Counted from the first letter of the stretch, positions 50,455-58,534 are shown. The stretch: 64,000 nucleotides of DNA from an uncultured Gammaproteobacteria bacterium (GCA_964415965.1 CAYQCK010000003.1:3426-67425); one strand, 5' to 3'. Notes: generated from the sequence alone by a model not told the origin. A program made the numbers and translations.

Positions 50455-51259
50455 CCGTCGAAGTCGGCGGCGTGCCCTTCCAATCAGGCTTCAAACCAGG
50501 CTGATCGACTTGGATCGGCGAACTCGTGGAGGTGGTCGTCTGGATTTTCGCGGTCGTGGTCGCAGTCGGCGACTGGGTCGACGGCGGCGTGCTTCCGCCC
50601 GCGCCCAATCCCCTCTGCTGGTCGACGTTCTGGACGGCGGCATCGTAAAGCTTCAGCAACTCCTCGTCCGAGATGCTGTCGATGTCGGTGTCGGGAAGCT
50701 TCTCTTTGAGCAGACGGCGAATGTTAGCCGGGTCGCGCGACAGCATGGCTTGGGCCTGGGCGACGGTATTGGCCGTGCCGCTGCTCATCAGGCCGCCTAA
50801 TCCTCCCTGGAGCGGGCTAGTCTCGCCGGGCAATCCGTCCGAACCGCTTGAGGTCGAGTACACGCCGCTCACATCCAAAGCGCCCGAGCTGTTCGGCGCG
50901 TTCAGGCAACCCAAACCGCGGCGCGTCACCACCCGGACATTGTCCGGGATGCCGTCGCCGCACGTGTCACGGAGGTTCGCGTTCGTATGGTAGACGTTCT
51001 GCTCGTCCCAATTGGACAGACCGTCGCCATCCGTGTCCAGCCGCTTCTGCTGGGCGATCTGTTCCTCGGTCGTCAGGCCGATGAGCTTCTTGGCGTCCGT
51101 GAGCGTGGTCTTCTCGACCAGGAACGGCGCGCGGATCAGGTTATTGATCCGGAACAGCGACAGCCCCAAGGCTGCTCCGGCCATAACGCTAAGCAAGACC
51201 AAGGCCATTTTCTGTTCCTTAGCCAACGCATACCAACGCTCTACAATGTCACGCCACAT
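50435..51259 (-). CDS. membrane-anchored protein with a thrombospondin-type-3/dockerin-like Ca-binding motif; overlaps the giant gene start by 20 nt
   Basis: N-terminal TM (MALVLLSVMAGAALGLSLF). DTDGDGLSNWDE matches the DxDxDGxxDxxE Ca-binding loop. Ser/Thr/Gly-rich C-terminus. Confidence 0.6.
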   Translation of the reverse strand: MWRDIVERWYALAKEQKMALVLLSVMAGAALGLSLFRINNLIRAPFLVEKTTLTDAKKLIGLTTEEQIAQQKRLDTDGDGLSNWDEQNVYHTNANLRDTCGDGIPDNVRVVTRRGLGCLNAPNSSGALDVSGVYSTSSGSDGLPGETSPLQGGLGGLMSSGTANTVAQAQAMLSRDPANIRRLLKEKLPDTDIDSISDEELLKLYDAAVQNVDQQRGLGAGGSTPPSTQSPTATTTAKIQTTTSTSSPIQVDQPGLKPDWKGTPPTSTGAEIYP

Positions 51260-51513
51260 TGCTGTATATCTAGCTCCGAAAGTATAGCATGCCGACGCCC
51301 AAAACGGGAACGCCCCGACCCCGCAGAAATCGCGGACAGCACCACCCTCCGCCCAAACCCGTTCTCCAGCTTCCTCCGAGGGATTTCAATGCCCCTTTTT
51401 CGTACATGCCGTTGGGCACCTGTTGTTCCCTAGCCCAACCATGGATTCCAGCTGGAGTTTACCCCGGCCACCGAGCCGGGGCTGGAATGACAGTAGAGGC
51501 GAAAACGCCCCGT

Positions 51514-51641
51514 TTCGCAAGTGACGCAGGGGGTCTGGGGGGCCGCGCAAGCGTGGCGCACAGAATCACAAAAGCCCGCGACACCGAGAGCGGCATCGCG
51601 GACCCCCAGGACTTTTGCTACTTTTGGTCACAAAAGTAGAT
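51514..51641 (-). ncRNA. candidate structured cis-regulatory RNA element, copy A (of two), in the leader of the TSP3-like/giant-protein operon
   Basis: About 80% identical to 54467-54593. It shares a 9-bp hairpin (CUACUUUUG-N4-CAAAAGUAG) and an 11-bp long-range helix whose differences from the other copy are paired changes that keep the helix intact. Confidence 0.4.
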
Positions 51642-51646
51642 TTAAA

Positions 51647-52018
51647 TCATTCCCCCTCCCACTCTATCGCAATCTTCTGCCCATGCTCACGCACCGGAAT
51701 GCGGATTTCGAGCACGCCGTTCTTGAGCGTGGACTGGGCCGAATCCGTCGCCACCTCGTACGGCAGGACGATCGAACGGCTGAAAGCGCCCCAAAAACAT
51801 TCACGATAGAACCAATCGTCCTCCGGGACTTCCTTGATCATCGAGCGGTGGCCGCGGATGGTAAGCAGGTCGCCATGGATGGAGATGTCCAGATCCTCCG
51901 GCCGCACCCCGGCGACCGTCGATCGGATGACGAGCTCATCGCCATCGCGGAAAACATCGACCGACAGCTGCCCCTCGTTCGAAGGAGCCATCCAATCATT
52001 CGCCGGAAGGATTTGCAT
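51647..52018 (-). CDS. Hsp20/alpha-crystallin small heat-shock protein
   Basis: Alpha-crystallin domain (VDVFRDGDELVIRSTVAGVRPEDLDISIHGDLLTIRG...LPYEVATDSAQSTLKNGVLEIRIP). Start at MQILPANDW. The ORF-track extension to 52105 would encode the palindromic repeats. Confidence 0.85.
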   Translation of the reverse strand: MQILPANDWMAPSNEGQLSVDVFRDGDELVIRSTVAGVRPEDLDISIHGDLLTIRGHRSMIKEVPEDDWFYRECFWGAFSRSIVLPYEVATDSAQSTLKNGVLEIRIPVREHGQKIAIEWEGE

Positions 52019-52059
52019 ACGGCGGAAGTATACCAGAGATTCCGGCATCCCGGCCAAAC

Positions 52060-52262
52060 GCCAGAACTCCGGAGACCCCGGGTCGATGCCCGGGGAATCA
52101 AACACGATAGCTCGAATTCCATTTTTTCTGACATCCCGGCCAAGCGAGGCCGCCGAGCGCGAGCCGGGATCTCTGAACGGAGACCCCGGGTCTCGGCGCT
52201 GCCTCGCCCGGGGTGTCGATAATTACGTCGGCAACCGAAACCCCGGGTCGATGCCCGGGGTG
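52060..52262. repeat. GC-rich palindromic intergenic repeat cluster, locus 2
   Basis: Three copies of (g)aCCCCGGGtcgatgCCCGGGG-like hairpins, plus the ~75-bp TGACATCCCGGCcaagcgaggccgccgagcgcgaGCCGGGATctctg unit shared with 35955-36080. Confidence 0.5.
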
Positions 52263-52295
52263 TTGAATGCTGTTTGGGCGAATGATTATTCGCCC

Positions 52296-54137
52296 CTACT
52301 CCGTTTTCTTGTCTCCTTCGGTCGTCGCCGACAATTTCTCGACGCCGATCAGGCACACGGCCTGCCACGGCCGGTAATGGCTGCGGAAGACCTGCTTGCG
52401 GTCCTCGCCGCCCGGCATCTTCACGGTATAGACGAACTCGGCATCCAGCCCGGTGTGGGCGATTTCGGTGCACTTCTTCTTGCCCGGGGCCAAATCCAGC
52501 GTCTCGACCAGCTTGGTCGGCGGCGGCGCGACCGAATTCCAGGTCCGCGGATAACTGTAATCGCCTTGCCGGCCGTCCGATGTGCCCCAGAACTCGAAGA
52601 ACAGCTCATCACCCTTCTGGAAAGCGTGGATCATGATGGGATTGCCGGTATCGTTCCTGAATTTCAGGTCGGGATGCGGGCCGTAGATGGTGGCGTCGGT
52701 GCCGGGCGGATCGTAATAGCGGACGCGGTACGAATGGTTCTGGCGCTCGGTGATCGGCAGGCCGGATTTCATGGCCCCGCGGAACAGCGTCGTCCCGATC
52801 TGGCAGAGTCCCCCGCCGTACTCCGGTTTGGTCTCGTTGCCCTTGATGACCATCTCCGGGAACCAGCCGTGTTTGCCGTCGATTTCGCCCATGGTATCGA
52901 CCGTCGAGAACTCGGCGCCCGCTTCGATGATGGTGCCGTTAAGGATCTCGATGGCGCGCGCGATGTTCTTGCGGCGATTGGTCGGCGAACCGGAGAAATT
53001 CGAGTACCCCGTGCCGAGCAGTTCCTTGATGCCCATCTTCTGCGGATCCTCTCCGGCCAAAGTCGCCGCGATCTTCCTGACCTGCAACGGGAAAGTCGAG
53101 GTGGCGGGCCATTCGGCCAAGACCGGCTTCAGGGTCGCGTCGGCGTCGATGGCAGAGCCCTCGGTGCCGGCGGTGAAGGACGCGATCTTCCCGTCCTTGA
53201 ATTCCAGGCTGCCCTTCTTGCCCTCTTTCTCGACGCCCGGCGCCGCCGTCTTGATGCCTTCCGCGAACTTCTTGGCGTCGATGGTCAAAGCAAGCTCGCC
53301 GGCCTTGCCCGCGACCCCGATCCAACCGGCCAAAGTCGAGGTCGGGATGGCGTAATTGTTCTTTTCGTAGGTAAATACCAGCTGCGGCCGGTTCAGGAAA
53401 TCGAAGACTTGCGGCATCAGCGGTTCCAGGTCGGCCGCCGAAATCGTCGGCTTCACCGTCCTGACGCTCAAGGCGATCGGCTTGAAATCCAATTTTTTCG
53501 CTTGACGCTCCAATTCATCCATCGCGTTGTCCGTGATGAGCACCTGGCCGCCTCGTTCCGGCTCGATCGAGACCGACGGCCGCGTGCCCGACGGCGCGCT
53601 GATGGCAAGAGCCGCGTCCTTCGCCTCCTTCAGGTCGGATTTGAGGTTCGCCTGCAAGGCATCCACCACAGCCGCCCTGTCGACCGTGACCCGCGCCAAG
53701 ATGTCCATCGGGTAGACGCGCAAACGCATCTGCTCCTGGACGTCCTTGCGCCAACCGTCTTCGCGGCCCAAGCCGTAGGCGACGTCCAACGCCTGGTCGA
53801 CGTCGTAGCGCACCAAATCGCGCGATGCGTCCGGATCGGTCGAAGCGGAAGTGACGTCGAGGGTCACGTCGCGTCCTTGGTAGCTGAAACGCAATCCTTT
53901 GCCCAAGGCGTCGTCGATGGCCTTCTGCACGGTTTGGCGCGCCTCGCTCTTGGTCAATCCGTCGAGCCTGACGCCCAAAATCCTGACGCCCGGGAACATC
54001 CGGTTCTCGTACAGGCGCCCGTAGGCCATCAGCGAACCGGCGGCCATCAAGCAGCCCACGGCCAAGATGCCGACCATGACGTTCGTCCAGACGAGGATTA
54101 TCCTGACCGTCTGGAGCTTCGGATTCTTGCTGGCCAT
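52296..54137 (-). CDS. VanW-family protein with N-terminal TM anchor
   Basis: 613 aa. N-terminal TM (IILVWTNVMVGILAVGCLMAAG). C-terminal VanW domain (EYGGGLCQIGTTLFRGAMKSGLPITERQNHSYRVRYYDPPGTDATI). Confidence 0.8.
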   Translation of the reverse strand: MASKNPKLQTVRIILVWTNVMVGILAVGCLMAAGSLMAYGRLYENRMFPGVRILGVRLDGLTKSEARQTVQKAIDDALGKGLRFSYQGRDVTLDVTSASTDPDASRDLVRYDVDQALDVAYGLGREDGWRKDVQEQMRLRVYPMDILARVTVDRAAVVDALQANLKSDLKEAKDAALAISAPSGTRPSVSIEPERGGQVLITDNAMDELERQAKKLDFKPIALSVRTVKPTISAADLEPLMPQVFDFLNRPQLVFTYEKNNYAIPTSTLAGWIGVAGKAGELALTIDAKKFAEGIKTAAPGVEKEGKKGSLEFKDGKIASFTAGTEGSAIDADATLKPVLAEWPATSTFPLQVRKIAATLAGEDPQKMGIKELLGTGYSNFSGSPTNRRKNIARAIEILNGTIIEAGAEFSTVDTMGEIDGKHGWFPEMVIKGNETKPEYGGGLCQIGTTLFRGAMKSGLPITERQNHSYRVRYYDPPGTDATIYGPHPDLKFRNDTGNPIMIHAFQKGDELFFEFWGTSDGRQGDYSYPRTWNSVAPPPTKLVETLDLAPGKKKCTEIAHTGLDAEFVYTVKMPGGEDRKQVFRSHYRPWQAVCLIGVEKLSATTEGDKKTE

Positions 54138-54147
54138 ATGGTCTATT

Positions 54148-54372
54148 CTACCCTTTCAGGAGCTCATTGAGGAGATGTCGGGCCAGGCGCTGGCGTCCGG
54201 CATCCTCTCCGCCCAAAACCGCGGCGAGCAAGGCGATATCCTGGCCGACCTTGGCCTCCCCCTCGATGGCCGACACGGGCAACGCCAAAATCCGCCCGTT
54301 CTCCAAGCGCAGCTCAGCCTCTTCACCCCTGATTTCGGATATCTTGCCTTTCAACATATTGATGGCGCACAT
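54148..54372 (-). CDS. small hypothetical protein (74 aa) at the head of the VanW operon
   Basis: The ORF begins about 50 nt after the copy-B RNA element. Its stop lies 8 nt before the VanW start. Confidence 0.4.
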   Translation of the reverse strand: MCAINMLKGKISEIRGEEAELRLENGRILALPVSAIEGEAKVGQDIALLAAVLGGEDAGRQRLARHLLNELLKG

Positions 54373-54466
54373 TAGCCCGGAAATTAATTAATGTAAAGCC
54401 TCAAACGGGACGATGATTTCGGGATGACATGGCCCAATCACTAAATTCGGTCTGAATGAGCCCCAC

Positions 54467-54593
54467 TTCGCAAGTGACAAGGGGGACCGGGGGTCCATGC
54501 TAAGCGTGGCCCGCAGGATAGCCGACGCTGGCGATACCGAGAGCGCATCATGGACCCCCGGAACTTTTGCTACTTTTGGTTACAAAAGTAGAT
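54467..54593 (-). ncRNA. candidate structured cis-regulatory RNA element, copy B, in the leader of the small-ORF/VanW operon
   Basis: See copy A. Here the long-range helix is GGGGGUCCAUG/CAUGGACCCCC and the hairpin loop is UAAC (UGAC in copy A). Confidence 0.4.
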
Positions 54594-54790
54594 AGGATGG
54601 CTTTCGCCCCAAATAACAAAACAAGGCCTAAGGTAATCCGCATCCAAGAAACCTATTTATAGGGGAGTGCAAGTCCGAAGACCTGCGGCACCCTACGAAA
54701 GAGGTTCCATGCTTGTCGTGGACGCGGATTGCCCCAGACCTCGTGGCCTCGGCTATCCGTCAAGCTGTCAAAGCGCTGGCGTAATGAGTG

Positions 54791-54819
54791 GTTATAACAT
54801 GCCCCGGAAATCCTGTCAA
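54791..54819 (-). promoter_or_regulatory. sigma70-like promoter (TTGACA-N17-TATAAC) driving a ~400-nt leader that contains the copy-B RNA element
   Basis: The reverse strand reads TTGACAggatttccggggcatgtTATAAC. A perfect -35 and a near-consensus -10. Confidence 0.5.
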
Positions 54820-54952
54820 TAGGGCCAACCGCCCCGGGACGAAAAAACGGTCTTCCGTGAAAGGCCGTTCAAAGGTTCTGTTAAGATTGAATCAAATTAG
54901 TAAAACCGTGTCAAGTATCGTATATTTCATCTAAAATTAGCGGTTTTTTCAT

Positions 54953-54980
54953 AAAAAATCCGCGTAAATGCGCGGATTTC
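54953..54980 (-). terminator. rho-independent terminator downstream of smc
   Basis: The reverse strand reads AAATCCGCGcatttaCGCGGATTTTTTAT. Confidence 0.6.
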
Positions 54981-55011
54981 CTGGTTTTTGTTAAGTTTGG
55001 ACAGCCGTTAT

Positions 55012-57273
55012 CTAGGTCTTCAGCTGACGCTCGGCTGGCTGGTCCAGCTTGACCGACAGCAACTGGGACACGCCGTCGTCACCCATAGTCACGCCGTAGA
55101 GCACGTTCGCCTTGTTCATGGTCGCCCGGTTGTGGGTCACGACGATGAACTGCGTCCGATCCGAGAGCGTGTCGATGATCTCGGCGAACTTCCGCGAATT
55201 GGCCTCGTCGAGCGCCGCGTCTACCTCGTCCAGGACCACGAACGGCGACGGGTTGATGGCCATGATGGCGCAGATGAGCGCAATGGAGGTCAAGGCGCGT
55301 TCGCCGCCAGACAGCAGGGCGATGGCTTTGAGCCGCTTGCCGGGCGGCGTGGCGTGGATCTCAATGCCCGCCGGCTGCGCTTCCCCCTCCCCTTCATCCC
55401 CGATGCCGCCCTCCACCTCTTCCGCCCCAGCATCCTGCTTCAAGCTTCCGGCTTCCGGGTTATCGCCTGCCGAATCCGATTCTATCTTCACCAGTTCGGC
55501 CTCGCCGCCGCCGAACAGCTTCTTGAAGAACACGCCGAACTCCTGGTTCAGCTGGCGGAACGCCACGTCGCCGCGTTCCTTGATGGTCCGGTCGAGCTCG
55601 GCGATGACCGTCTCGAGCGAGGCGATGGCCTGCCGCAAATCGGTCGACTGGGTCGTCAGGTGCTCGAAGCGCTCCTTAGTCGTTTCGTATTCCTTGACCG
55701 TCTCGGGGTCGATGCCGCCAATCCACTCGAGCTGGGAACGCAGCCGCTGCATCCGACTGCGCAAGGCCTCGGCTTCGGCCTCGGCTTTGGCGGCCGTATC
55801 GGCCATGGCTTCAAGCTCGCCCTCGAGCGTCCCGGCCTGCTGGCGCAACTCGGCCAAGAAGCCCTCGCGCCGCGTCTCGAGCCGGGCCAGGTCGACGGCT
55901 GAGGCCGACACCCTCTGCTCGGCCTGCTGGGCTTCGTGGCGCTTGGCCGTAAGCCTGCGCTGCAGGTCGAACAACTGGCTGCGGCTCTCGTCCTCCTTGC
56001 GGTTCAAGGCCTGGAGTTTGGCTTCCATTTCCCCGATCTTGGCCGCGACTTCCGACATCTCCTTGGCCAGCTGGCCGAATTCCTTCTCGAGCTCCGGATC
56101 CGCCTGTTCCTTCACCGGCTCGGGGGCGGGCTGTTGGAGTTGGGAAACCAGCTTCTGGTTTTCGGCCTTGAGCTCCTGAGCCAATTTCTTGGCCTTGTCC
56201 CAATCCGGCTTGGCCGACTCGAGTTCCTTGATGAGCTCGTCCTGCTTCGACGACAACCCCTCGATGCGCTCGATGATCTTGGTGAGCGGCAAAGGCGACC
56301 ACGGCTGCTTGGACTGGACTTTGGCCACCTCGCGCCGCGACTCTAGCCTGATCTGCCGTTCGCGCAGCTTGCTCCGTTCTTCCTTGAGCCCATCGATGGC
56401 CGCGCGCATCTCGCGCAATTCGCTCGAGACCGGCGTCGCCTTCTCCAGCTTGCCCAATTCCTGTTCGACCGCCTCGGCTTCGCGCTCTTTCGCGGCATGG
56501 TCCTGCTTGGCCTTTTCGGCCGCGGCCTGCGCCGCTTTGAGCTGGCTCCGCAACCCGGCCCAGACGCCGCCGAAATACTCGCGTTCCACCTGGTGCAGCT
56601 CCTGCTCCAAAGCCTCGCGCTGGCGCAGGCGCTTGACCTGGCGCTCGAGCGAAGTGAGCCGCGGCTCGATCTCGCGCAGCATAAGCTCGGCCTGCTTAAG
56701 GTTGTCCCGGGCGTTATCCACCTTGTTGACCGCCGAGTGGCGCTTGAGCTGGAACGGCTTGAGGCCCGACGCCTCGTCGAAGAACTCGCGGCGCTCCCCC
56801 GGGCTGGCCGACAGGACCGCGTCAACCATGCCCTGTCCGATGACGCTGTAGGTCCGCTGGCCGACGCCGCATTGCGCCAACAGCATCGTCACGTCCATAA
56901 GCTTGGCCGCCTGCTTGTTGATTTCGTATTCGGATTGCCCGTCGCGGTACAGCCGGCGCGTGATGACGATCTCGGGCAGATCGATCTCCGGGTTGCGCTC
57001 GTTCGTGATGGTCATGCTGGCTTCGGCGAAGCCGGCGCGCGGTTTCTTGGCCGAACCCGAGAAGATGACGTCCTCCGATTTTTTGCTGCGCAGCAGCTTC
57101 ATGCTCTGCTCGCCCATCACCCAGCGCAAGGCGTCGGCGACGTTGGACTTGCCGGACCCGTTCGGCCCCACGATGCCGGTCACGCCGCGCTTGTCGGCGC
57201 CCGGCACGAATTCCAGCACGGTCTTTTGGGCGAAGGTCTTGAACCCTTGGAGTTCCAGGCGGGAGAGATACAT
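55012..57273 (-). CDS. smc: SMC-family chromosome segregation ATPase, short form lacking a recognisable hinge domain
   Basis: SMC N-head (LELQGFKTF...IVGPNGSGKSNVADALRWVMGEQSMKLLRSKKSEDVIF) and C-head (LSGGERALTSIALICAI...VVLDEVDAALDE), with only ~410 aa of coiled coil between them and no Gly-rich hinge. About 753 aa from MYLSRLEL. Confidence 0.8.
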   Translation of the reverse strand: MYLSRLELQGFKTFAQKTVLEFVPGADKRGVTGIVGPNGSGKSNVADALRWVMGEQSMKLLRSKKSEDVIFSGSAKKPRAGFAEASMTITNERNPEIDLPEIVITRRLYRDGQSEYEINKQAAKLMDVTMLLAQCGVGQRTYSVIGQGMVDAVLSASPGERREFFDEASGLKPFQLKRHSAVNKVDNARDNLKQAELMLREIEPRLTSLERQVKRLRQREALEQELHQVEREYFGGVWAGLRSQLKAAQAAAEKAKQDHAAKEREAEAVEQELGKLEKATPVSSELREMRAAIDGLKEERSKLRERQIRLESRREVAKVQSKQPWSPLPLTKIIERIEGLSSKQDELIKELESAKPDWDKAKKLAQELKAENQKLVSQLQQPAPEPVKEQADPELEKEFGQLAKEMSEVAAKIGEMEAKLQALNRKEDESRSQLFDLQRRLTAKRHEAQQAEQRVSASAVDLARLETRREGFLAELRQQAGTLEGELEAMADTAAKAEAEAEALRSRMQRLRSQLEWIGGIDPETVKEYETTKERFEHLTTQSTDLRQAIASLETVIAELDRTIKERGDVAFRQLNQEFGVFFKKLFGGGEAELVKIESDSAGDNPEAGSLKQDAGAEEVEGGIGDEGEGEAQPAGIEIHATPPGKRLKAIALLSGGERALTSIALICAIMAINPSPFVVLDEVDAALDEANSRKFAEIIDTLSDRTQFIVVTHNRATMNKANVLYGVTMGDDGVSQLLSVKLDQPAERQLKT

Positions 57274-57395
57274 ATAGCCCACATAGATTACTTAAAAAAC
57301 CGCTCTTCGGGAAGGGGAAAAGCCGCACCCGGCGGCATTGACAAGGCTGCCGGAATATGGTTTGCTGGGACATCGTCCCTTGAAAGGAGTCTTGC

Positions 57396-58067
57396 ATGGA
57401 CCAGATCATCCGGCTCGGCTGCGCCGGCCTCGCGTCTTCCTTCACGACCATTTTCGGCCTCGTGATGGACCGGTCAGGCTCGATGCAGCGCTTCGGCGAC
57501 GCGCCGGAGAAAGCCATCAACGACCACATCGTTTCGCTCCAGGCCGACCCGAACGCCGGCAACGCCATCGGTTTCGTCATCGCCTTCGCCGACGACGTCG
57601 AGCTACCCATCCCGCCCCAGCCCCTGGCCGGTATGCCCCGCCTCACCGGCTATTCGCCGACCGGCAGCGCCACCCGGCTCTACGGCACGGTGCTCACGGC
57701 GCTCAAGGAGATGCTCGAACTGCAGTCCAAGGCCCAGTCCAAGGGCGCGGACACCGGCCTCATCCTGACCGTCTTCACGGACGGCCAGGACAACGCTTCG
57801 ACCGAAGAGGAGCGGGTCGAACTGTGCGAACTCTCGGGACAGGCGCTGGAGAAAGGCCTGGACCTGCTGGTCGTCGGCATCGGCACGCCCGGCGAGGACA
57901 TCGCGCTCAAGATGGGCTTCCCGCCCAAGTGCGCCGTCACCATCGAGGCCCAGGCCGCGGCCATCCGCGAAACCATGGTCGGCGTGACCCGACGGACGTG
58001 CATGACCATGACCGGAATGGGCCGGTCGGTCCCCGCCACCCCGACTCCCCCGCCCTCGTCCCGCTGA
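57396..58067 (+). CDS. von Willebrand factor type A (VWA) domain protein
   Basis: MIDAS motif DRSGSM, then TRLYGT and TDGQDN. 223 aa. Confidence 0.7.
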   Translation: MDQIIRLGCAGLASSFTTIFGLVMDRSGSMQRFGDAPEKAINDHIVSLQADPNAGNAIGFVIAFADDVELPIPPQPLAGMPRLTGYSPTGSATRLYGTVLTALKEMLELQSKAQSKGADTGLILTVFTDGQDNASTEEERVELCELSGQALEKGLDLLVVGIGTPGEDIALKMGFPPKCAVTIEAQAAAIRETMVGVTRRTCMTMTGMGRSVPATPTPPPSSR

Positions 58068-58073
58068 ACCCCG

Positions 58074-58111
58074 CCCGGACAGTCATCCAGATTGTCCGGG
58101 CGTCATCTTTT
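58074..58111 (+). terminator. candidate terminator after the VWA gene
   Basis: CCCGGACAgtcatccagatTGTCCGGG followed by cgtcatctttt. Confidence 0.4.
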
Positions 58112-58186
58112 CAAGACAGGATAATGCTGCTAACGTTTATCCCCGAAACCCAGGGCGCACGACCATGCGCCCCTACCTACACCTAT

Positions 58187-58534
58187 ATGTCCCTCCGCAT
58201 GGAACAAGGCATGGAACATCTCAGGAATGCGCTCGCCAAAGTGCTGGCCGAACGCGTGGAATTCCCGCGCGGGGTTTTCGTGACGGTCGTCGGCGCCAAG
58301 CTGACCCGCGACATGCTCCATGCCAAAGCCGTGCTTTCGGTCATGCCGGAAGACCGCATCGAGGACGTCAAACAGACGCTCAAGGAATACGAACACGAAA
58401 TCAAGGACGGCCTGGCCCACGAACTCCGCCTGCGCCGCATCCCGGATTTCTTCTGGGCCTTCGACACCAACGAAGCCTACGCCGCCGAAATCGACGCGAC
58501 CCTGAACAAGCTCGAACGCGAAGGCGAGATTTGA
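58187..58534 (+). CDS. rbfA: ribosome-binding factor A
   Basis: 115 aa. MSLRMEQGMEHLRNALAKVLAERVEFPRGVFVTVVGAKLTRDMLHAKAVLSV...LRRIPDFFWAFD fits the RbfA KH fold. It corresponds to the C-terminal part of ORF-track entry 57338-58534. Confidence 0.75.
   Translation: MSLRMEQGMEHLRNALAKVLAERVEFPRGVFVTVVGAKLTRDMLHAKAVLSVMPEDRIEDVKQTLKEYEHEIKDGLAHELRLRRIPDFFWAFDTNEAYAAEIDATLNKLEREGEI

Noticed and set aside
41374-50709. Series of long ORFs (41374-43545 +, 43547-44719 -, 44974-46602 +, 48475-50709 +) inside the giant gene
   Set aside because: All lie within or antisense to the single 11.1-kb ORF. The giant frame is continuous, Cys-rich and not Arg-biased, whereas these are Arg/Gly/Ala-rich GC artefacts.
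52019-52105. ORF-track N-terminal extension of Hsp20
   Set aside because: The extension would encode the palindromic CCCCGGG repeats (SPGIDPGSPEF). The alpha-crystallin alignment starts after MQILPANDW.
51834-54170. 778-aa plus-strand ORF
   Set aside because: Antisense to Hsp20 and VanW, both of which have clear family motifs. Low-complexity Arg/Gly/Asp translation.
54380-54990. ORF-free 600-bp region, considered as RNase P RNA, tmRNA, SRP RNA or a CRISPR array
   Set aside because: None of the universal signatures (RNase P P4 GGAAAGUCCGG, tmRNA tag-reading frame with 3' tRNA-like end, SRP GGAA tetraloop domain) are present. There are no direct repeats with regular spacers. It is better explained as a promoter plus a structured leader containing the copy-B element.
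57338-58186. N-terminal ~280 aa of the 398-aa ORF-track entry 57338-58534
   Set aside because: Only the last 115 codons (rbfA) look like a real protein. The upstream part is Arg/Pro/Gly-rich and overlaps the VWA gene in another frame.
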